A stretch of 63,288 nt of DNA, the filler included, from Reclinomonas americana ATCC 50394 (Eukaryota), in the NCBI GenBank assembly GCA_048213135.1. It is 7 parts of 7 records of this genome, joined end to end, with 100 filler letters (N's around TTAATTAATTAA, not from the genome) between each part and the next. Parts side by side here need not be neighbours in the genome. Positions count along the whole stretch, not along the records: positions 51,058 to 54,901 come from AFZH01018704.1; positions 55,002 to 63,288 come from AFZH01018705.1; 5 more parts are not named here. One strand, 5' to 3'. Shown piece by piece: positions 52,456 to 62,174 of the stretch (its first letter is position 1; the number at the start of each line of letters is the position of its first letter). Made by a program: the position numbers and the translations under genes. Below the pieces are notes generated by a model. That model was not told the DNA's origin. It saw only the letters and a program-made list of their open reading frames with translations, and ran no database searches.

Positions 52456-53415
52456 TCAGCTACGGCCTGCGATTTCGCTCTTTGGGCAGGCATCAATCTC
52501 AATTCCGAGCATCCGCGCCGCGTTCGACGACACCATCTTGCGGATCTGCTCGTCGTCGTAGCCGAGATCGATGCAAAGCCTGATGCCCCTGCGCAATCCC
52601 TCGAGCGGCGTGATCGTCCCGGTCTGGCCCAGATCCGAACACAGCACGGTCTGATCGACGCCGGCTGCATCGATGTGCTGACGCAGGTCCTCGGACGAGC
52701 ATGTCTTGAACTTAGACCCCTCCACGAACATGCAGAGCGAGTGCTCGACAAAGGCACCCATCGCGGCCATCCCCTGCACGTCATTCAGGGAGGCGTCGAC
52801 AATATCCTCGGGGTGGGTCAGCACGAGCCTGGTCACGCCGCGCCGCCTGGCCTCTTCGAAGACCAGCCACGTCTCGCTCACGTGAAGATGGCCGCTGGCC
52901 AGCACCATGTCGTTCTTGGCGACGATGTCCAGCACTTCCTTGACCTCGTCCCGCACGGCTCCGTTGTTGTCGAGAACCGGGACGCCGACTGCCGGCCGCA
53001 TTTTCTGGGTGGAGGCCGGGTGAACCCAATTCGACGTCTTTTCCCAGCGCAGGTGGTTCTCTGCCGCCAGGGTCGGCATCCACACGACCTTGCCACCCAT
53101 CGCTGCCGCGTGCTCGACGGCGTATGGGTTGAATCCTCCCACCACATTGTTCAGCACGATGCTGGACAAAATCTTCGTGCGCAGTTCGGGATGGTGCTTG
53201 GTGATGAGAGCAGCCGTCATCACGCCGCTGTAATCATGATCCTTTGTCACGACGGCGGCGACGCCCGCGGCGGAGTACTGCTCGAGCAGTTCCAGATGGT
53301 CGACGCCGCGGGGCGCTATCGACGGGCCACTGTGAACGTGCGGGTCGATCGCTCCCTGCAAGAGGTCGGCGATCCGCTCGTCAATCGATTTGGTTGTGCT
53401 GGCAGCTTGCGTCAT
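52456..53415 (-). CDS. Amidohydrolase-superfamily metal-dependent hydrolase (DUF6282-like)
   Basis: IDPHVHSGP, KDH, VWMPT, SGH, THP, SDLGQ, NAARMLG. Confidence 0.8.
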   Translation of the reverse strand: MTQAASTTKSIDERIADLLQGAIDPHVHSGPSIAPRGVDHLELLEQYSAAGVAAVVTKDHDYSGVMTAALITKHHPELRTKILSSIVLNNVVGGFNPYAVEHAAAMGGKVVWMPTLAAENHLRWEKTSNWVHPASTQKMRPAVGVPVLDNNGAVRDEVKEVLDIVAKNDMVLASGHLHVSETWLVFEEARRRGVTRLVLTHPEDIVDASLNDVQGMAAMGAFVEHSLCMFVEGSKFKTCSSEDLRQHIDAAGVDQTVLCSDLGQTGTITPLEGLRRGIRLCIDLGYDDEQIRKMVSSNAARMLGIEIDACPKSEIAGRS

Positions 53416-53472
53416 GGCTTTCCGGCTCCTTGATTGCGCGCCTGTCCGGGCTCTCGTCGTAGGCCGCAGGCG

Positions 53473-54393
53473 TTACGCGGCCGAGGCTGGCGGGATCGGC
53501 ATCGGATAGTCGTCGGCGTTCAGCACCCAGCCGGGCTTGGCGGAAAAGTCGAGCCGCGGCGGTGAGAAGATGTCGACCAACTGGTTGATCCCCGCGTCCA
53601 TGCCGCGCGACGTGTGGATCGCCGGGGGCGGGATCACCGTCAGCGACGGCGAAGCGAGGACGGCATGTTCGTCCTCGCGCCAATGGTTCATGTTGGGGGT
53701 CCAGGGCCAGCGCAGGTGGTGGGTGAAGGTGCCTTGCAGCGCCAGCGAACCCTGCTCGAAATCGTCGTGGTGATGCGGCGACAGCTTTGTCACGTCGCGC
53801 GGACCCTCCTGCGGATCCAGCACGTTCACCATCAGCGTGGTGCAGCGGAAGATGCGCCCGAAACGGCCGGGCTCGCCCGCCACGTCTAGGCTGTAGGAGC
53901 GGATGTGATAGCCGTCAGGCGGCGCGGGCCACGCCTCGAAGGGCGGGATATTGGCCCGCGGATTGATATAGGAGTCCGCATTGGCGCATTTGGCCGCGAG
54001 ATCCGCCGAGCGTGAGGTAAACAGGCGGACGATCTCGCCGCCCTGCGGCACGACGATGCGGCTTTCGCCTGGCGGCAGGATAATCAGGGAATGCCCCTTG
54101 ACCGTCCTCGCCTCTGTGCCGGCGCTCACCTCGACCGTCGTTTCGGCGCGCGGGATCAGCGCCATGTATTCGTCTGGCTGGCTCGGGCGGCTGAGCACGG
54201 CGCCCGGTTGAGCCAGGGTGTAGGCGACTATGAAGTTCTGGCCGCGCAGATACCAGGTCCGTCCCTCCGGAGTGTTCTCCTGCGGCGCCTTGTCATAGAA
54301 CTTGCCATATTCCGCCGCCGCGTACTCCCCCGGCAGCGCAGTCGGCGGAGACGATAAATTGAGGCTGGCGCGTGGATCGGTTGGATCAAACAT
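53473..54393 (-). CDS. Hypothetical protein, likely cupin-fold metalloenzyme
   Basis: LSPHHHDDFEQGSL...IPPPAIHTS resembles cupin motifs 1 and 2; good RBS and codon usage. Confidence 0.65.
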   Translation of the reverse strand: MFDPTDPRASLNLSSPPTALPGEYAAAEYGKFYDKAPQENTPEGRTWYLRGQNFIVAYTLAQPGAVLSRPSQPDEYMALIPRAETTVEVSAGTEARTVKGHSLIILPPGESRIVVPQGGEIVRLFTSRSADLAAKCANADSYINPRANIPPFEAWPAPPDGYHIRSYSLDVAGEPGRFGRIFRCTTLMVNVLDPQEGPRDVTKLSPHHHDDFEQGSLALQGTFTHHLRWPWTPNMNHWREDEHAVLASPSLTVIPPPAIHTSRGMDAGINQLVDIFSPPRLDFSAKPGWVLNADDYPMPIPPASAA

Positions 54394-54452
54394 GTCGCTC
54401 TCTCCGTGTATGATCGCTCGCCGTGCCGGCGAGTGCCTTGTCGTGACTTGGC

Positions 54453-55056
54453 TCAGGCCGCCAAGGCCGCAAAATCGGTTAGCGCCTTGGCTGCCGCCTG
54501 ACGCAGAAAGCTCTGGTCGGACGCGACGATGAAGGCGGTCACGCCCAGCGCTTGCAACGCTGCGGCGTCGGCGGTGTTGCCTGCCATGGCACAGATCGGC
54601 TTCCTCGCGGCCCGGGCCGCTTGCGTCACCCGCTCGATCGCGGCACGCACCATCGGCGCATCCATTGCATCAGCACCGAGAGCGACCGTCAGGTCACCGC
54701 GCCCGAGAAAAATTCCATCGATCCCCTCGACGGCCAGGATCGCGTCGATGCAATCGAGGGCTTCTGGGTCCTCGATCATGGCAATGACCGTCGTCGCGGC
54801 GTCGGCGGCGTCGACATGGGGCCACATTGGCAGGGCGCCGTAGCCTCCGGAGCGCGGCGAGTTGGAAAAGCCGCGGCGGCCGCCGCGGTAACGGCAAGCC
54901 GNNNNNNNNNNNNNNNNNNNNNNNNNNNNNNNNNNNNNNNNNNNNTTAATTAATTAANNNNNNNNNNNNNNNNNNNNNNNNNNNNNNNNNNNNNNNNNNN
55001 NCGCCGCTCAGCAGGCGACGACGGAACGTGTCAGAGGCAGATGCGGCCGGCGTCAT
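54453..55056 (-). CDS. HpcH/HpaI aldolase family, spanning an assembly gap
   Basis: Start MTPAASASDTFRRRLLSG (55056); after the gap CRY.GGRRGFS, IAMIED, IDAILAVEGIDGIFLGRGDL. Confidence 0.9.
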
Positions 55057-55075
55057 GGCTGTCCCGTCCCGTTTA

Positions 55076-55114
55076 TGTTTCGTCTAAAGAAACAACGTAT
55101 TGATTATCGAAACA
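55076..55114. promoter_or_regulatory. Tandem putative IclR operators
   Basis: TGTTTCGTCTAAAGAAACA plus CGTATTGATTATCGAAACA at a 20-bp period; same architecture at 57932-57970. Confidence 0.7.
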
Positions 55115-55218
55115 AATAGGCCTAGCCTCCCCGAGAGTCAAGCCTTGCGTGCTTGACCTTGGCCTCGCATTGGGCGCGCCTACGCGAGTGTTGGGTTGGA
55201 CAGAAAAGGAGATTGAAG

Positions 55219-56007
55219 ATGCCGCGTATCCGCGGAGAGGCTAACGGAGACGGCGTAAAAGCGGTCGTGCTCGCGTTGCGGATTCTTGAACATCTGGCGG
55301 AGCAGGGCACCGCGGTCGGCGTGACCGCATTGGCGCAGGCGCTGGGAACGACCAAGAGCCGCATCTACCGGCATCTGCGCACGCTGGAACAGCAGGGCTA
55401 CATCCAGCAATCGGCCGACTCGGACCGCTACCGCGTGGGAACGCGGCTGATGACGCTGGGGCTCTCGGTGGGCGAGAATTTCGATCTCACCAAGGCAGCT
55501 CAGGGCGCCCTCCGCGAGCTGCGCGACGCTCTGGGGCTTTCCTGCGTTCTGTCGCAGGTGGAAGCGGCGGGGGTCAGGGTGTTGGCCACCCTTCCTGGGA
55601 AATCGGCGATCGAAATCGGCGTCAAGCCGGGCTCGCTGTTGCATTTCCACAGCTCTGCCCAAGGCAAGATCGCGCTGGCCTTCGGTAGCGATCAGTTGCG
55701 TGTCGCGGCACTTGGGCCGCACCTGGAAAGGATGACGCCGCAAACCATCGTCGATCCGGAGGCATTGCAGAAGGAAATCCAGCGGGTGCGGACGCGGGGC
55801 TGGGCAATTGCCCCGAACGAGGCCGTCACCGGCTTGAACACGCTGGCGGCACCGGTCTTCGATGCCTCGGGAGATCTGATCGGCACCGTCGGTATCGTCG
55901 ACTCGATCCAATTCGTCTCCGAGCGCCCCTCGGACGAGCAAATCCGCCACATCGTAGCCACTGGCCAAGCCATCTCGCATGCGCTCGGCTATTCCGTTCA
56001 CCGCTGA
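55219..56007 (+). CDS. IclR-family regulator
   Basis: GVTALAQALGTTKSRIYRHLRTL, HSSAQGK, VRTRGWA, LAAPVFD. Confidence 0.95.
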   Translation: MPRIRGEANGDGVKAVVLALRILEHLAEQGTAVGVTALAQALGTTKSRIYRHLRTLEQQGYIQQSADSDRYRVGTRLMTLGLSVGENFDLTKAAQGALRELRDALGLSCVLSQVEAAGVRVLATLPGKSAIEIGVKPGSLLHFHSSAQGKIALAFGSDQLRVAALGPHLERMTPQTIVDPEALQKEIQRVRTRGWAIAPNEAVTGLNTLAAPVFDASGDLIGTVGIVDSIQFVSERPSDEQIRHIVATGQAISHALGYSVHR

Positions 56008-56043
56008 CGCGATATCAGGCACGGACCGCGCCAACACCACCAA

Positions 56044-56292
56044 TCACGCAACGGCAATCAGAGCCAACGCCAGGACCACTGCAGCGACGGCCAGGGCAGC
56101 CCATCCCATCTGCTCTGGCCAGGCCGGGGGCTGTTCGGGGCGCGATCGGGGATAGTTGTCCGGGACGGCTCCGTAATTCGTAAGCTGAGCGAACCGCAGG
56201 TCATCGAGTGGAAGGAGATTGCCGTTCGTCGGCGGGCTGTCCGCACGACCCGGCGGCTCAGGCGGTGGAAAAGACAGGGATGACTGTCCCAT
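56044..56292 (-). CDS. Small hypothetical protein with C-terminal transmembrane helix
   Basis: Pro-rich N-terminus then GWAALAVAAVVLALALIAVA; start uncertain. Confidence 0.35.
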   Translation of the reverse strand: MGQSSLSFPPPEPPGRADSPPTNGNLLPLDDLRFAQLTNYGAVPDNYPRSRPEQPPAWPEQMGWAALAVAAVVLALALIAVA

Positions 56293-56442
56293 GGCCCGCG
56301 GGCTCGCCGACTTTTCGCCACCCGGCCAGGCGCGGCAGGAATGGCCGTAGGGAGGATGGGTTGCTGCTCTCGGCATGGCTGGGGCTTTCCAATGAAGCGG
56401 CCAGCCGGCGGAGTCCGGCTGGCGCGATCGGCTCGGGATGCC

Positions 56443-57780
56443 TCAGGTGGTGGCGACCGGGGTGGCCACGACGGCGGCACCGCGCGATTTGGACAGGAGC
56501 AACATCAGGACCGAGCCTGCGAGCATGGCTGCGGCCATGGTGTAGAGCCCGTATTCGAGGTGACCGGTCGCCTGCTTGACCAAGCCCAGCGTGATCGGCG
56601 CGATATAGCCGCCGAGGTTGCCGATCGTCGCCATCAGGGCGATGCCGGCGGCAGCCGCGGCACCCGCAAGGATCGTCCCCGGGAGCGCCCACATGACGGC
56701 CAGGCCGGCCAGCGCCCCTGTCATGGCAAGCGACAGGCCGAGCAGCGAGATGATCGGCTGCTGTGCGAAGACGCCACTCAACACGAGCCCGACAGCCCCC
56801 AGCACCCCGCAAGCCGCCGTGTGCCACTTGCGCTCGCCGGTGCGATCCGAGTGCTTGCCGATGAGAACCATGCCCACGCAGGCCACAGCATAGGGAACGG
56901 AGGTGACAATGCCGTTCGTCAGGAGATCCTGGACACCGAGATCCCTGATGATCTGCGGCATCCAGAAGGATACGCCGTAGACGCCGGAGAGCAGCGCGAA
57001 GTTGGCGAACGCCAGGAGCCAGACGTTCACGTCCTTGATGGCGTGACTGAACTTGTGCCCGACGCCGGCGGCAAGCTTGCGCTGGTTCTCGTCTTCCAAC
57101 TCGCCGACCACCAGTGATTTCTCGTCCGACGTTAGCCACTTTGCTTGAGCCGGGCCGTCATCGAGATAGAAATAGCTCACGACCCCGAAGATGATCGCCG
57201 GCGTACCTTCGAGCAGGAACAGCCACTGCCAACCGTGCAGGCCATAGAGACCGCCGAACGTGTTCATGATCCAGCCGGACAGTGGTCCGCCGATGACCCC
57301 GGACAGCGCAATGCCGAGGAAGAAGATGGCGCAGATTTGCGAACGCAGTCGCGCCGGGTACCAGTAAGTCAGATAGAGAATGATGCCGGGATAGAAGCCG
57401 GCCTCCGCGATGCCGAGCAGGAAGCGCATGCCGTAGAACTGCCATGGCGTTTGGACGAACAGCATCGCTGTCGAGATGATGCCCCATACCACCATGATGC
57501 GGGCGATCCAGAATTTTGCGCCGAAGCGCTGCAAGAGCAGGTTGCTCGGTATCTCGCACAGGCAATAGCCGAGAAAGAAGATCCCGGCCCCGATCCCGTA
57601 AGCAGCATCGCTCAAGCCGATATCGGCTGCCATTTGCAACTTGGCAAAGCCGACATTGACACGATCGAGGAATGATATGATGTACAGCAGAAGCAAAAAT
57701 GGCATAAGACGCCAGGCGATCTTATTGTAAACGCGCCATTGTTCTGCATTTGCGAAGTTGCTGAGCGGAAGAAAGCTCAT
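56443..57780 (-). CDS. MFS transporter, anion:cation symporter (ACS) type
   Basis: RLMPFL, FLDRVNVGFA, EIPSNL, AEAGFYPG, GWQWLFLLEG, SDRTGERKWH. Confidence 0.95.
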   Translation of the reverse strand: MSFLPLSNFANAEQWRVYNKIAWRLMPFLLLLYIISFLDRVNVGFAKLQMAADIGLSDAAYGIGAGIFFLGYCLCEIPSNLLLQRFGAKFWIARIMVVWGIISTAMLFVQTPWQFYGMRFLLGIAEAGFYPGIILYLTYWYPARLRSQICAIFFLGIALSGVIGGPLSGWIMNTFGGLYGLHGWQWLFLLEGTPAIIFGVVSYFYLDDGPAQAKWLTSDEKSLVVGELEDENQRKLAAGVGHKFSHAIKDVNVWLLAFANFALLSGVYGVSFWMPQIIRDLGVQDLLTNGIVTSVPYAVACVGMVLIGKHSDRTGERKWHTAACGVLGAVGLVLSGVFAQQPIISLLGLSLAMTGALAGLAVMWALPGTILAGAAAAAGIALMATIGNLGGYIAPITLGLVKQATGHLEYGLYTMAAAMLAGSVLMLLLSKSRGAAVVATPVATT

Positions 57781-57931
57781 GAACGCCTCCTTTTATAGCG
57801 AATTCGACCCTAGTTAATTACAGTTGCGGCGCCATGATTGCCGCTTGTCCGTAGTCTTTTACTGTCTGAACCGCTTCAGTGGGTGCCTTGGACGCCCGCG
57901 CCGTACCGCGGCGCGTCTTGGTTGTTTTAAT

Positions 57932-57970
57932 TGTTTCGATTAACGAAACACTGTATCGATAGTCGCAACA
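57932..57970. promoter_or_regulatory. Tandem putative IclR operators upstream of the MFS gene
   Basis: TGTTTCG-ATTAA-CGAAACA (perfect arms) plus TGTATCGATAGTCGCAACA. Confidence 0.72.
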
Positions 57971-58047
57971 GTAATGGAATTGAAGCGAACTTGTCAAGTG
58001 GGTGGTCGGCCGTCGGGATAAGCAGCGCATAGCCTGCAAGGAGCCAT

Positions 58048-58180
58048 CCGGAGGACCGCGCTCCAGGTCATCCTGTCCTTTGCCTGGCTGTCCCTCTTCA
58101 GTGACGCCAAGACGACCGCCGCGTTCCTCGGCCGGCTCACCCATCACTGCGACATCGTCGAAACCGGTAACGAGAGCTGG
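58048..58180 (+). mobile_element. istB remnant
   Basis: [28 protein letters not shown], closely similar to istB at about 46675-46770. Confidence 0.8.
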
Positions 58181-58272
58181 TGAGACGACTAGCTCGCGGG
58201 CTCGATCGGAAGGTTCAGCAGATCTTGTTGGAGAGCGCGCGACGTCTCAGTCTTTCGCAGATGGCGCGGCGC

Positions 58273-58386
58273 TTATTTTAGGGCGACAACGACACAAAGA
58301 ACCGCTAGTCCCGCCAGCGCCGTCATCGTGACCGGATAGTCGTGGCAAGCGCGGCGGAACGCCTGGGCGATCGTTTGATAGGTCAT
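58273..58386 (-). CDS. 37-aa membrane microprotein
   Basis: RBS GGAG, then MTYQTIAQAFRRACHDYPVTMTALAGLAVLCVVVALK. Confidence 0.45.
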   Translation of the reverse strand: MTYQTIAQAFRRACHDYPVTMTALAGLAVLCVVVALK

Positions 58387-58495
58387 GACGTTTCTCCGCC
58401 CGCCGGCGCGAGCCAGCGGATCATTTGTCGCAAGGCACTGGTCAGGCTCATCGTCTGGCAGCACGATTCGGCCGCGCTGCGCCCTTGGCTTTCGG

Positions 58496-59305
58496 CTATG
58501 ACAGAATGAAGGAACGCATCGAGATCGAGGCCATATCGAAGGAGGCGTTGAAGACGCTGAGCTCTTCGCCGGGATCGGCCGTGCCAACCGCATAGAGCGC
58601 GGGAAGGAAATGCTCCGGCGTCGGGTGCGCGAGCTGCGCGATACGGCCGAGCGATGCAGCGTCGACTATGGAGCCGAAGTCGCGCCGCTCGAGCGCATCT
58701 GCAACATGCATGTCGAAGCTCTCGGCCCAGTCATAGGGCTTCGCCTCGGGCGCGAGCGCATGCAGGTTATGGACGATGTTGCCGCTAGCGACGATCAGGA
58801 CGCCGCGCTCGCGCAGCGGCCTGAGCTCGCGTGCGAGATCGAAATGAGCCCGTGGCGATTTGCCGAGATCAAGAGAGAGCTGGAAAACGGGGACATCCGC
58901 CTGGGGAAACATCTTGATCAGGACCGACCAGGCACCATGGTCCAGCCCCCATTCGACATCGGGCTGCACATGGCTGGAGCGGACGAGATCGATCGTCGCC
59001 TGCGCCAGGTCAGGAGCGCCGGGTGCCGGGTATTGTTGCGCGAAGAGTTCGGCCGGAAAGCCACCGAAATCGTGAATCGTCCGGGGCCGGCGTCCGACAT
59101 GGACCAATGTGGTTCCCGAGGTCATCCAGTGCGCCGAGACGCACAAGATGGCTGAGGGCGTCGGCAAGGCCTGGCCGACGCTATGCCACGACCGGCTATA
59201 GGCATTGTCCTCGATGGCGTTCATCGGATTGCCATGGCCGACGAAAAGCACGGGCATCCGCGGGGTCGGTCGCAAGCTGCTGAAAGCGGAGTTCAGATCG
59301 GGCAT
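58496..59305 (-). CDS. ygiD: 4,5-DOPA extradiol dioxygenase (YgiD/LigB family)
   Basis: PVLFVGHGNPMNA, SAHW, TIHDFGGFP, WGLDHGAW, SGNIVHNL, AHPTPEHFLP. Confidence 0.93.
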   Translation of the reverse strand: MPDLNSAFSSLRPTPRMPVLFVGHGNPMNAIEDNAYSRSWHSVGQALPTPSAILCVSAHWMTSGTTLVHVGRRPRTIHDFGGFPAELFAQQYPAPGAPDLAQATIDLVRSSHVQPDVEWGLDHGAWSVLIKMFPQADVPVFQLSLDLGKSPRAHFDLARELRPLRERGVLIVASGNIVHNLHALAPEAKPYDWAESFDMHVADALERRDFGSIVDAASLGRIAQLAHPTPEHFLPALYAVGTADPGEELSVFNASFDMASISMRSFILS

Positions 59306-59403
59306 GGACGATCTCCAGAACTGTCGTTGTCGGGACACGAGCGTGCTTGCCTTCCGGAGCGGCACGGCGCGCGCCGGCGGCAGGCGCCGATTCTCGGATA
59401 GCG

Positions 59404-59982
59404 CTATTTCGACAGGCCGATCTGCTTCATGAAATCGAGATTGTCCCAGAAGAGGTACTCTTCGACCATCACGCCGTCCTTGTTCCAGCGTCCAATCGTG
59501 GCCATCGAAAGCTTGAAGGCCTTGCCGGTCGGCTCGATGCTCTTGCCGTCCGCGAGCGGCATCGGCTTGGTGAAGGTTCCTTCCAGGACGCCGATCACGC
59601 CGGTCCATTCCCCCGAACCGAATCTGACGGGATGAGAATTGATGCGGGTATCAGGGGCGAAAACGAACATCGGTTTCAGGGCCGCGATATGTGCGTCGAG
59701 CCCTTTGGTGGTGCTGCCGTCGGGGTAATGGACGAGGATGTCGTGGGCGTGGCTCTCGTGCAGCCGGTCCCATTTTTGATGGGTGTAGACGTCGAAGTCG
59801 AGGGTGTCGAAGGTCTCGAGGTTCTTCTTGATGGTTGCCTCGGCATCCTGATGTTTGGCCAGTTCCTGCATCAGGGCTGGCACGACCTTGTTCAGATCCT
59901 TCGGCGGATCGTCGGCCAGCGCGACGCTGACGGTCAAGCCGATTGCGGTGGCGGCGAACAGGGACTTCAACATCGTCTTCAT
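59404..59982 (-). CDS. Exported SnoaL-like ester cyclase family protein
   Basis: Signal peptide ending ALA-DD; FDTLDFDVY, HESH, VHYPDG, FAPDTRI, GTFT.PM, PTGKAF, EEYLFWDN. Confidence 0.85.
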   Translation of the reverse strand: MKTMLKSLFAATAIGLTVSVALADDPPKDLNKVVPALMQELAKHQDAEATIKKNLETFDTLDFDVYTHQKWDRLHESHAHDILVHYPDGSTTKGLDAHIAALKPMFVFAPDTRINSHPVRFGSGEWTGVIGVLEGTFTKPMPLADGKSIEPTGKAFKLSMATIGRWNKDGVMVEEYLFWDNLDFMKQIGLSK

Positions 59983-60137
59983 GGCCGTGGCTTTCTTTTG
60001 CCGATGCCAGCGCGCAGAGCCAGGCTCCAGTCGCTCGGACCGATCGGTCATCCATCGCGGACTCTGCCGAACGATCGCGGTCGGAAAAATGAGGTCGGGC
60101 GCACATCATTTTTACGATTTGCGTAAGAATGGTGGTC

Positions 60138-61037
60138 ATGGACCTGATCCACGCCATGCGAACCTTTGCCGCCGTCGTCGATGCCGGCAGCTTCACGGCT
60201 GCCGCGGAGCGTCTCGACACATCGAGTGCCGCGATCTCGCGCCAGGTCGCTGCCTTGGAGGAGCATCTCGGCGTCCGCCTGCTTCACCGCACGACCCGCA
60301 GCCTCTCGGTCTCCGAGCCGGGGCATGTCTTCTACGAGCGCGCGCAGCAGATTCTCGGCGACGTGGCCGAAGCCGAAGCGGTGATGGGGCAGCACATCGC
60401 CCAGCCGGCTGGCGTGTTGCGCATCAGCGCTCCGCTCTCCTTCGGGATCAGCGAACTGGCGAGCGTCCTGCCTGTCTTCAGGGAACGCTATCCGGCCCTG
60501 CGACTCGATATCGACCTCACCGACCGCATCGTCGATCTCGTCCATGACGGCGTCGACGTCGCCCTGCGGATCGCGCGGTCGCCGAGCCAGAATCTGATCG
60601 CCCGCAAGATCGCGCCGGTCGAGATGATCATCTGCGCCGCGCCGGCCTATCTGGCCAGGCATGGCAGGCCGAAGGTGCCATCGGACCTCGAACGGCATGA
60701 GATCCTCAGCTACTCATACCTGTCATTCGGCGACATCTGGGATCTGCGTAGCACCGAGGGGAGGGAAACCTCCGTTCGCCTTCGCCCCGGCGTGCACGCC
60801 ACCAATGGCGATCTGCTGCGCGAAATGGCTCTCGCCGGCTGCGGCGTCATCGTTCAGCCCGATTTCATCGTGGCTCGGGAGATCGCAGCCGGTCGGCTCG
60901 AGCCGGTGCTGCAGGATTGGCACATGGGCGATTTTCATCTCTACGCCGTCTATCTCAGCCGCAAATTCCTGTCGGCGAAGGTCCGACTGTTCATCGACTA
61001 TCTTGTCGAAACAATTGGAAGGCGCCGTTTGAGGTGA
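60138..61037 (+). CDS. LysR-family regulator (CrgA/DmlR-like)
   Basis: GSFTAAA, LEEHLGVRLLHRTTR, DRIVDLV.DGVDVALR; upstream TTAC-N7-GTAA box. Confidence 0.96.
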   Translation: MDLIHAMRTFAAVVDAGSFTAAAERLDTSSAAISRQVAALEEHLGVRLLHRTTRSLSVSEPGHVFYERAQQILGDVAEAEAVMGQHIAQPAGVLRISAPLSFGISELASVLPVFRERYPALRLDIDLTDRIVDLVHDGVDVALRIARSPSQNLIARKIAPVEMIICAAPAYLARHGRPKVPSDLERHEILSYSYLSFGDIWDLRSTEGRETSVRLRPGVHATNGDLLREMALAGCGVIVQPDFIVAREIAAGRLEPVLQDWHMGDFHLYAVYLSRKFLSAKVRLFIDYLVETIGRRRLR

Positions 61038-61121
61038 TCCCGTAAAAACGGACCGGGTTGAGTGCAGAGAGGAATGTCAGCTTGCTGGCGAAGAGCTGGA
61101 GTCTCCTCCTGGCGCGTTCGT

Positions 61122-61784
61122 TCACTTAAGAGCTGCCGGCTGCGCGCCGTCCCGGCCAAAAATCAGCACTGCTCCGATCGAGAGCATCACAAGACCCAGT
61201 ACGCCCTCCTGCATACGCAGAAACCATCCGTTGCCGGCTAGCCAGCCTCTGATCTTCGACGCGCCGCCGGCGAGCATCAAGCTGACGATGAATCCGAGAG
61301 TTTTCGAGATTGAGGCAAGGATCAGCAGCTGGAGCCAGATCGGGCCGATCGCAGGATCAGTGAACTGGGGTAGGAAGGCGGTCATGAAGAGAAAGACCTT
61401 GGCGTTGAGCAGATTGGTGAAGAAGCCCTGCCAGAAGATGGCCTTCGGAGAGGGTGCATTCTGCGGTGCGGTCGGGTTCGGCGGGCGATAGCAACGCCAG
61501 AGCGCGCGGCCTCCGAGATATCCGAGGTAGATCGCCCCCGCAAACTTGACGGTGGCGAAGAGCATCGGGGATTGCCGGAAGACGGCGGCCAAACCGAGCA
61601 CGACAAGCGGGATTTGGACCAGTCCCGAAGCCCAACTTCCGGCAACACTGAGCGCTGCGGCGCGGAACCCCTGTGTGACGCCGCGCGTCAGCGTCAGGGC
61701 CATATCCGGGCCCGGTGTCATGATGAGCGCCAGGGACGCGAAAACGAACAGGATCAGCACTGAAGTATCGGGCATCGCGGTCAT
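61122..61784 (-). CDS. LysE-family translocator
   Basis: TPGPDM, GAIYLGYLG, QGFFTNLLNAK, FLPQF. Confidence 0.93.
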   Translation of the reverse strand: MTAMPDTSVLILFVFASLALIMTPGPDMALTLTRGVTQGFRAAALSVAGSWASGLVQIPLVVLGLAAVFRQSPMLFATVKFAGAIYLGYLGGRALWRCYRPPNPTAPQNAPSPKAIFWQGFFTNLLNAKVFLFMTAFLPQFTDPAIGPIWLQLLILASISKTLGFIVSLMLAGGASKIRGWLAGNGWFLRMQEGVLGLVMLSIGAVLIFGRDGAQPAALK

Positions 61785-61847
61785 CCCGGTAAGAATTGAG
61801 TCTCGCCCAAGCGTCGAGCGAGCGAAGTTAACTGCGAACGAAGCTGC

Positions 61848-62174
61848 TCAACTGGAGAGCTTCAGTCCCGCGATCCCGACCGCGGTGACGCCGATGAAGA
61901 ACAGCCGTGCCGTCGTCGTCGGTTCCCCCAGGAAGAGAATGCCTACGGCCAGCGAGCCGATTGCCCCTATACCGGTCCAGACGGCGTAGGCTGTGCCAAG
62001 CGGAAGGACCTCCAGCGCTTTCGCCAACATGCCGATGAAGAGCGCCAGCAGGACGAGCGAGACCGCGCTCCAGGCGACGTCCGTGAAGCCATTCGACCGT
62101 TTGGTTGCCAAGGCCCAGGCAACGTCCGTGATCCCGGAGATCACCAGCAGGACCCATCCGAGAGCCGGCGTCAT
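61848..62174 (-). CDS. SMR/DMT transporter (SugE/Gdx-like)
   Basis: WA...K.SNGFT, LPLGTAYAVWTGIG, GILFLGE, GLKL. Confidence 0.92.
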   Translation of the reverse strand: MTPALGWVLLVISGITDVAWALATKRSNGFTDVAWSAVSLVLLALFIGMLAKALEVLPLGTAYAVWTGIGAIGSLAVGILFLGEPTTTARLFFIGVTAVGIAGLKLSS

